A DNA stretch of 64,000 nt from the human T2T-CHM13v2.0 reference genome, Homo sapiens. The translations under genes were made by a program, and so were the position numbers. The DNA is taken from the NCBI RefSeq assembly GCF_009914755.1, contig NC_060930.1. The stretch is one strand, 5' to 3'. Below the pieces are notes generated by a model that made no database searches, had not been told where the DNA came from, and worked only from the letters and a program-made list of their open reading frames with translations. Shown here piece after piece: positions 55,150 through 64,000 of this stretch. Numbering within the stretch: position 1 is the stretch's first letter; each line of letters starts with the position of its first letter.

Positions 55150-56330
55150 ACAAATTCCCATTAAAAGGGAACAATTAGAGAATACAAAACATTTGAGATC
55201 AAGCACATGAAATGTTTAAATTCAATAAGAATAATGAACTATAAATTAACGTATGACTAATAAGAGTCCCAGAGAGGGAGAAGGGATAGCAAAAGGAGGA
55301 AACTTTCAAATAAATAATAAAAGAAAATTTCCCAGTACTGTGGAAACTTGACTTTGCATATTGCAAGGATCTACCAAATGTCCAGAATAGTAAATAAAGA
55401 ATGACCCACACCAAGACATAAAGAAATATCAAAACATGACACATTTCTATAACTAAAAACTTCTGGAGCCAAAAATAAAAACAATCTACAATGGAGCAAC
55501 TGATGGAGGTTTATTTTTCCTTAAACCTCTAAAGGAAAATGGCTTTCATCCATAAATTCTATACCCTATCAACCTCTTAATAAAGTTTTGAGTAGACTAG
55601 ACATCATGTCTCATGCAATCTTTCTCCTGAACAATCTTTCTCTCTTACTCCAGTGGAGTAGCATCAGAAGAAAGATTGAAGTAAAAAAAAAAATGGAGAA
55701 AACCAAGAAAGAGTTATGCAAAAGACTCCAAGAAACAGGGGATTCAATAGAGGAGAGTGGCAAAGGCAAGTCCCAGGTGGATGAAGATAAGCAGCCACCC
55801 AAGAGAGCAAGGAGTCTAGATTGAAGGAAAACAGAAGGCTTCAGGAAGGTATCTCTGGGGGGGTGGGGTGGTTAAAAGTGGAATTGATCAATATTCTGAA
55901 GATATTGACCATGTGAGAAATAATACTGAGAGACACTCATGAGATATATGAGATAGTTGGGAAGGATGACCAATAGGTATAAAGAAAACTGGGCAAATGA
56001 TAGACAAGACAATTATTAATCTAGGCAAAATAGAAGTTGTTCAAGAAAGGAAATGTTATCATGACACACCACTTGGCTCCAGGGTGGACAATATTTACAT
56101 AAGAACACAATGTAAATATTGAATCTTAGGAGAGTAGAGGAAGGTTAAGTGAATAGAGGTTTAAAGAGGTACAAAGAACCATAATAGGAAGTCAACGAAA
56201 CGAATGAGGTCTAAAATGGGTAAATGAAAAAATGTCAGTAGGATGCTAAGTAGAAATATGGAGATGAAATAACTGAAGAAAGATATGCAGAGTTGAAGTT
56301 GGGTGCCTCTGGAAGGCAGGACTGGGGAAG
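55150..56330 (+). mobile_element. HAL1/old L1M ORF1-region fragment
   Basis: A-rich; 'taataagagtcccagagag...aagaaaatttcccag', 'ccaagaaacaggggattcaatagaggagag'. Confidence 0.55.
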
Positions 56331-56609
56331 GAGCAGGAGCAGAAAAGGGCAGAGCAGTGTGCAGGAAGAGCATTCCAAGCAAGAGGCTGCTAAGGTCACT
56401 GCAATCCCAGGTCAATTTACCAAGCACCTTTTTCAGACCCCAGGTTCCTCCAGGCAGAGATACCAATCCGTTAGTGTCACAGATGTGACACCTGCATACA
56501 TAATTACATAACTAATGACACAGATGTAACCAGAGAGGATGGAAGAAGTGATGCACCTGTAGTATTCCAGAAATTGTTAAAGACACATGTTTAGGTTTCA
56601 TTATTTATA

Positions 56610-56673
56610 TTAGGTTCGTGCAAAAGTAATTGTGGTTTTTGCCATTAAAAGTAATGGCAAAATTACTTTTTGC
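56610..56673. mobile_element. MADE1 (mariner-derived MITE), right arm partly deleted
   Basis: ttaggttcgtgcaaaagtaattgtggtttttgccattaaaagtaatggcaaaattactttttgc, preceded by TA. Confidence 0.9.
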
Positions 56674-56819
56674 CACAATTTGATTGTGGATTCTGTGCTT
56701 ATAAATTAATGCTAGTTGGTTTTCTTCCAATTGCCTTCAAATAATTTAATGTTTCTAAAGTTAAAATTATATGTTATTTATAGATACTATTGCTTACTAA
56801 ACTGGTCTACCGGGATTTC

Positions 56820-58400
56820 TATTGTGTTAAATGTTCTCCTACATGTAAATTAGTGAGCAAAACATAAGTGTACTGCTCAGTTATCACAAAGTGAACACCT
56901 GTGAAAAACTATCTCGATCAAGAAAGAGTGCGCTAGCCCCCTAGAAGCACCTCTTCTGCCCACACCCAATCGCTACACCTTCCTCTTCCTCAAAAGTAAC
57001 TGTCATGACTTCTAATAATATACCTGAGTTTTTCTTGGTTTTTGGACTTTACATAAAATGGGGTCCTGTAATATGTATTTATTTGTCTGGATTTTTTGCT
57101 TTTTTCTTTTATATGTATTGTGGAAGTACTTTTGTATATAGACCTTGTATTTCATGATTTTGCTAAGCTCACTTATCAATTCTAATAACTTATCTGTATG
57201 TATTTCCTATAGGATTTCTATGTATAAAACTATAAAACTCTATTTAATAAAAAATCTCTTCCATTCCAACCCTTTTCTCCTGTATTTCTTTTTCTTGCCT
57301 TATTGCATTTACTAGTAATTCTAATACATGTTTTCTTGTCCCTAATTTCAAGGAAAAAGCTTTCAACTTTTCACTATCACATGTTGGTTGCTATAGGTTT
57401 TTGTGTGTTCATTAGATAAAAGAAGCTCCTTTCTATTGCTGACTTGCCAAGGATTTTAACATCTTGAGTAGATCTTGAATGTATCCAATTGCTTGTCATG
57501 TACCTATTAAAATGATCATTATAATATCTCTTCTTTATTCTGTGAGCATGCTATATACCAAACTGGCATTCCCAAAATCAACCAATCTGAGCAAGGTTTA
57601 TTATCCTTTTGACATATTGCTCCATTCACTTCATTAATATTTTGTTCAGGGTTTCTGAGTAGGATTCACCTGTAGTTTTCTTATAATGTTTGTTATATTT
57701 TGTATCAAGGTTATTCAAACATTAGAGATTATCTTTGTTCTTTACTATTCTTTGAAAAAGTTGCAAAAGTTTAGCGTTACTTCTTTCTTAAATATTTGGA
57801 AGAATTCACCATTGAGACTCTGAGGCTAAAGTTTTCCTCGTGGGAAAGTTGGCAATTATAGATCCCATTTATTTAATAGTTATAAGATTATTCTGATTTT
57901 TATATTCCTTGTTGTGTCAGTTTTGGTCAGTTGTGACCTTTTAAAGAACATGTCAATTTCATCTAACTCATCAAACTTACTGTTTAAAGCTGTTCATGAT
58001 ATTCTTATAATCTTTTAAATTTGCATTTGAAAAGGATCCTGTTTGCATCAGGATCTATGGTATTGTCTCCTTTTTGATACCTGGTAATAGTTGTTTGTGT
58101 TTTCTATCTATTTTTCTTAAATCAGTATATCCAGGAGTTTATCAATTTTATTGCTCCTTTTTCAAGAATGAACTTTCAGTCTTACTGATCCTCTTTATTG
58201 ACTGTTTTCTATTTCATTAACTTTTCCTCTTACCTTTATTCTCTCCTTTCTAACTTTTTGGGGAGTTTAATTTTCTTACGTGATGCTAACCTCTGAGATG
58301 AAAGTTTAGATCATTTATTTCCATACCTTGTTCTTTCCTAACATATAAATTTAAGGCTATAAATTTTAAGCATGACTTTAACAGTACCCCACCCATCTGG
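56820..58400 (-). mobile_element. Old L1M fragment(s)
   Basis: T-rich antisense L1: 'tcttgccttattgcatt', 'aatatttggaagaattcacca'. Confidence 0.7.
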
Positions 58401-58518
58401 TTTAGTAGTAGTAGTAGCACCTTTGTCACTTTGAATCAATTATTTTAATCAATTATTTTAAAAATATTAGATCTACCTTTAATCACATTCCCTCATAAGC
58501 CTCTAAACTATTTTTTAA

Positions 58519-58834
<316 letters not shown>

Positions 58835-59224
58835 TTATCTTCATATATTAATTTGACAGAGGAGGGGGAAACTTTCAACTTCCCATTGTATAGAGGACAG
58901 GTGAGAAGGATGCGGCACACCTGCCTGTTTGGTCCCACATTCAAGCTTCATTCTTCCCACCCAAATTCCTCAGCAAGACTTCTCAGTTGATTACTCCCTT
59001 CTCTGAGCCTCTGTAGTATTTGACGTCCGCTTTACTCATTTTGACACTTGACAATAAGCCTTCTTACTGTGCTACTTTTTCAGGTGTGCACGGATTTTCA
59101 ATCAACCTATTGTGATAAGAAGAGGTACTAGATCCTTACAAATATTTTGCGTCTCCGTTAGCATGTTGCATGGTGCTAGATGTGTGAATCACAGTCGGTA
59201 ATCACGTAAGACACAGGCAGAGCA

Positions 59225-59688
59225 GGTGTATGGGTAGAGGGGACAGGGCTAGCGTGCCCTGCCCACATACTCTCAACACTCATGTTTCCTGTGCAGGCAG
59301 CAGCTTCTTACTGCAATCCTCTACAACTGCGCCAAGGGGCTCTCTCCAACTGCTGAGCATGCTTTTCCTACCTCCAGGACATTCTATGATGCTGGGAGTT
59401 GTGTCAGTGACAAACGAGAGTTGGTCCATGAGCACCCCAGCCTCCTCTTCTCTCCAGTGGAATGAATGAGGTGTGCTCTGTGCAGTCTCACAGAGTTACC
59501 TGGTGTGCTGAGCCCCAGAGCCCACAGTGGTCATCTGCTAGTCAATGCACTCTGCATTAGCATCCGTCCCTTCCCTGCCTCACCTCCCCATTCCAAATGC
59601 TTCCTGAGATCACTTCCCAAACAAACTACTTTTACTTAAATTCAGTCCTCATCTCAGGGTCTACATATGGGGAAATAACCCAAGACTG
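59225..59688 (+). mobile_element. ERVL LTR (LTR16-like)
   Basis: 'gcttcctgagatcacttcccaaacaaactactt...ctcagggtct...aacccaagac'. Confidence 0.65.
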
Positions 59689-59851
59689 TCTGTCGGCCTT
59701 TCCTTCTCTCTAAAGGGATTATCCATCATTCGGAGATTAACAAAGCTTAAAAAACAATTTTTTTCTGTTTCTTACTTTTTCTGCTTCCCAATTTTATTTA
59801 CATGACCAAAACAAACAAATTTTAAATACAAGTTATAAGTTATTCAAGTAG

Positions 59852-60181
<330 letters not shown>

Positions 60182-60860
60182 TAATTCTTAAAATGAACTT
60201 GAGCAGTTTGGCGACGCCTGACCTAAGTCCTAGGGGAAAGCCCAGGGTTTCGATTCTGTTGCCATCACTTACTGTGGGTGTGTCCATGGGAAACTCACTC
60301 AAGTTATTCAGGCCTCAGGTTCCTAATTTTAAAACGGATAGTAACATCTGGTTCCACTAACTTTAGATTGTTGGTTTGGGAAACAAAGGAAATAATGTAA
60401 GAGAAAGCACTTTATAAACTGAATTACAAACAAAACGTGGGATGAAATAGAGTGTCACCTCTTTTCATGAGGTTCTGGAACTAGTCTTGCAGTGTTTAGA
60501 AAACTAATCACAAGAAAGAGAAAAAATGAAGGGAGGAAGGAAAGAATAGACTTGCCTAAAAGATAGGTTGTTTCGAAATATTTTCCCCCACGATGGTAAG
60601 ACATAAACTCAATCTGTGAATTTTATCCAAGTCCCAGGTTTTGTTGAGAAACAAGTGAGCTGGGAAGGAAGAACTAGAAAGATTAATTCACTGCATTGCT
60701 TGGCCTAGTAACCATGGGCCAGAAGAGAACCTATGCCTACTTCACACTTCCGTGTGTGAACAAGGCATGTTATTTATTGTGTCTGCTAGGCACAGAGTGA
60801 AGACTTCAATATTTGCCAGAATGTTTGTGCTTCTTTCTAAATTCAGAAACTTGCCTAAAT

Positions 60861-61174
<314 letters not shown>

Positions 61175-61874
61175 AAACTTGCCTAACTGCTCCAACCATA
61201 AAACTGAAATGTCAGTGGTGGAAGATAACATATAAAACACCTGTATTTTCCTTTAAGTCATTCAGAACTTATTACCTAGGAAACAAAATACTACAAAGTT
61301 ATAGGCCAAAAAATAAGTGTTGAGAAGCTCACTACTGGAAATAAAGAGGTTCAGAAGAGTGTGAAGAAAAACATCAAATTATGGAATGTTAGAAGCAGAA
61401 GCAACCATGCTGGTCAGCTTATTTAATACCCACCTTTTACACACAAGAAACTTGATCTCCAAAGAACTTATATGACCCCATATCACAATGACCTATTTCC
61501 ACTATATCATCATTTGAGAATTCTGTCAGCTTCATAACTCATATTATGGTTTAACTCATTTAATCCCCACAATTCTGAAGAGTAATTATAATTGCTAGCA
61601 TTCCTCCTAAGAAGAAAAGTATTCAGAGCCGGTTGCTCACTTTTTTTATGGTCACACAGCATGTAGAGGCAGAAATTTGCCTTAAATGAAGCTATTTTGC
61701 CTTCAGCATCTCTGCTCCTTGGAGTTTACACACCCTCCTGTGTGCTTTTTTCCTACAGTGGAGAGAGGACAGGGCAGGGAAACAATTCATTATTTGACCC
61801 TATAGCAATAGGGTCATTAAAATCTGACCTTTACTCCGAAAGACTATCATTTACTGTTCAAAAGAAACACCAGA

Positions 61875-62176
<302 letters not shown>

Positions 62177-62296
62177 TTAAAGTGGCAATTGCTAAGCATT
62201 CTAAGCATTCAGAGTGTGAATGAACAAATGAATGAATGAACAAATGAATGCTTGACTTCCTAATTCAACATGGAAATCATCAGAAATTACCTCACA

Positions 62297-62315
62297 TGGC
62301 CACAAGATGTCACTA
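62297..62315 (+). promoter_or_regulatory. CTCF-like motif
   Basis: TGGCCACAAGATGTCACTA versus consensus TGGCCAC(C/T)AG(G/A)(G/T)GGC(G/A)CTA. Confidence 0.6.
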
Positions 62316-63307
62316 CTTCACACCACTTCAGAAAAATCACATTCTAAGTCAAGAATTTTAGATCCTTTGGACAGAGGGAATTTCTTGTTCCTCATTGAGA
62401 AAGGCTTAGTTATTTTGCATGTGTTTTGGGACTGCTTCCTTGTTTTCTCTTAAGTCTATCTACCTCAAGAGATACTGCAAAACGTAGACTTTAAATGAAG
62501 GCTGAGGCTGAATGCTCTTAAGCTGGGAAGCATTAATCAAGAAGTCAATCACTCACCTGTTTCCAGGGACTTCTCAGCAAAAACAAAGGCAGGATTGACA
62601 CTTTGACTACTCTGTTACCCTGCTCTGTTTGCAAAGCTTTCTCTCAGCACTTTCTTGTAATTCTACCTCTCTCATTGCTTCAGATTCACAAAAAAACAGT
62701 GATTCAGCAACATCCAAAAGGCAGCACACTGGGGTTTTAAATAGTGCTTTCTTCTTGAAATGTTTGCCTCACACCTTCCTTACCGGGAATAAGGTTCAAA
62801 TTACTGCAGTGAGTTTACATAAGCTATTAATGCATTTAATTATTCAGTTCAGGGCTGTCCTGGGCTTATTGGTATTTTTTTTTAAGTATCATGAGACTCC
62901 AGTTTGCAAATCATCATTTCAAGTTCTTAAAAGTTTTTATACACCAAAATAATGTTAACCAAGCTTGATATTTCAACTTCAGCTATATTTAACATTGATA
63001 AAATAAACTTCAAATTTATTTTGATGGAAATATTTTATTCATGAGATCAACTGATGCTTGTAGATTGATTTTTAACAGTCCTAGAAAGTTTTAGAGTTTG
63101 ATGTATTTTATTGGCATTCTCTATTAGATTCCCCTTCCTAACATTTCTTATTGAAATTGTTGATAAATAATCTTCATCAATTAGCCATTCAAGTTTGATG
63201 GGGCTGAGAAGGAAGGAAGCTCATTCATAAAAAGAAGCTGCTTGGTGGGTTTGGGGATCATTCAACTTTATAGGCCAAAAAAGCTGTTTTGCCTTAAAGG
63301 TCCATAT

Positions 63308-63643
63308 TTCACACCACTTCAGAAAAATCCCATTCCAAGTCAAGAATTTTAGATCCTTTGGACAGAGGGAATTTCTTGTTCATCATTGAGAAAGGCTTAG
63401 TTATTTTGCATACGTTTTGGGACCACTTCCTTGTTTTCTCTTAAATCTACCTCAAGAGATACCGCAAAAAATGTAGACTTTAAATGAAGCCTGAGGCTGA
63501 ATGCTCTAAAGCTGGGAAGAATTAATCAAGAATTTCTGGTGATTTCCATGTTGAATTAGGAAGTCGAGCATTCATTTATTTGTTCATTCATTCATTCACA
63601 CTCTGAATGCTTAGAATGCTCAGCAATCGCCACCTTAACTTCT
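63308..63643. repeat. Local duplication: direct copy of 62317-62543 joined to an inverted copy of 62172-62288
   Basis: Manual alignment gives about 94% identity; 2-bp (aa) junction microhomology at 63531-63532. Confidence 0.95.
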
Positions 63644-64000
63644 TAGGAAGAACAAATACATCCCATTTACTGAGAGGCTAAACAAACAGTCACTCGCCAG
63701 GCAAAGGGTTAAACGGTTCAGAGAAGGAGGCCTCAATCTCCACATTGTGATGGACTATACAATATGTAAAAGTCATTTCTTACTAGCAATAGTTTAAAGA
63801 GTTAAGGTTTGCAAGTGATTTTCCACTTAAAATTAAATAAATTACCTAACCGCATTCAAGTCAACCCCCATTACAACTTCACTGGATTTCATTCCTTGCT
63901 ATGCTCATTAGAGCAGGAGAGAAAGAGACGGGAGATTTCATGGCATGTGGACATTCTCATCCTGTAAAGTTAAATGGAAAATTAAAATTCCAAACTCTAT

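Overview
Primate, almost certainly human, intergenic or intronic DNA. It contains Alu J/S/Y, L1PA/L1PB, ERV9 LTR12, MaLR and MADE1 elements. I find no intact protein-coding gene. The longest ORFs in the track mostly lie in repeats, and the short ORFs in unique sequence resemble no protein I recognise. The only gene-derived sequence I recognise is a full-length processed RPL29 pseudogene (- strand, 12433-13090). Main points of interest: (1) a CpG-rich solo LTR12 inserted inside an Alu, with intact promoter motifs, an apparently lost poly(A) signal, and splice sites downstream, making a candidate LTR-driven spliced lncRNA; (2) a local direct-plus-inverted duplication at 62.2-63.6 kb with twin-priming geometry that omits exactly a CTCF-like motif; (3) further templated-insertion or hairpin scars at 44.2 and 53.1 kb; (4) a homeodomain/PBX-motif-dense unique block at 38.4-39.4 kb that resembles a developmental enhancer; (5) a full-length L1PB with a nested young L1PA; (6) a MADE1 carrying a miR-548-type sequence. 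Repeat subfamily names come from recalled consensus sequences, not from a search. Boundaries of old repeats are approximate.
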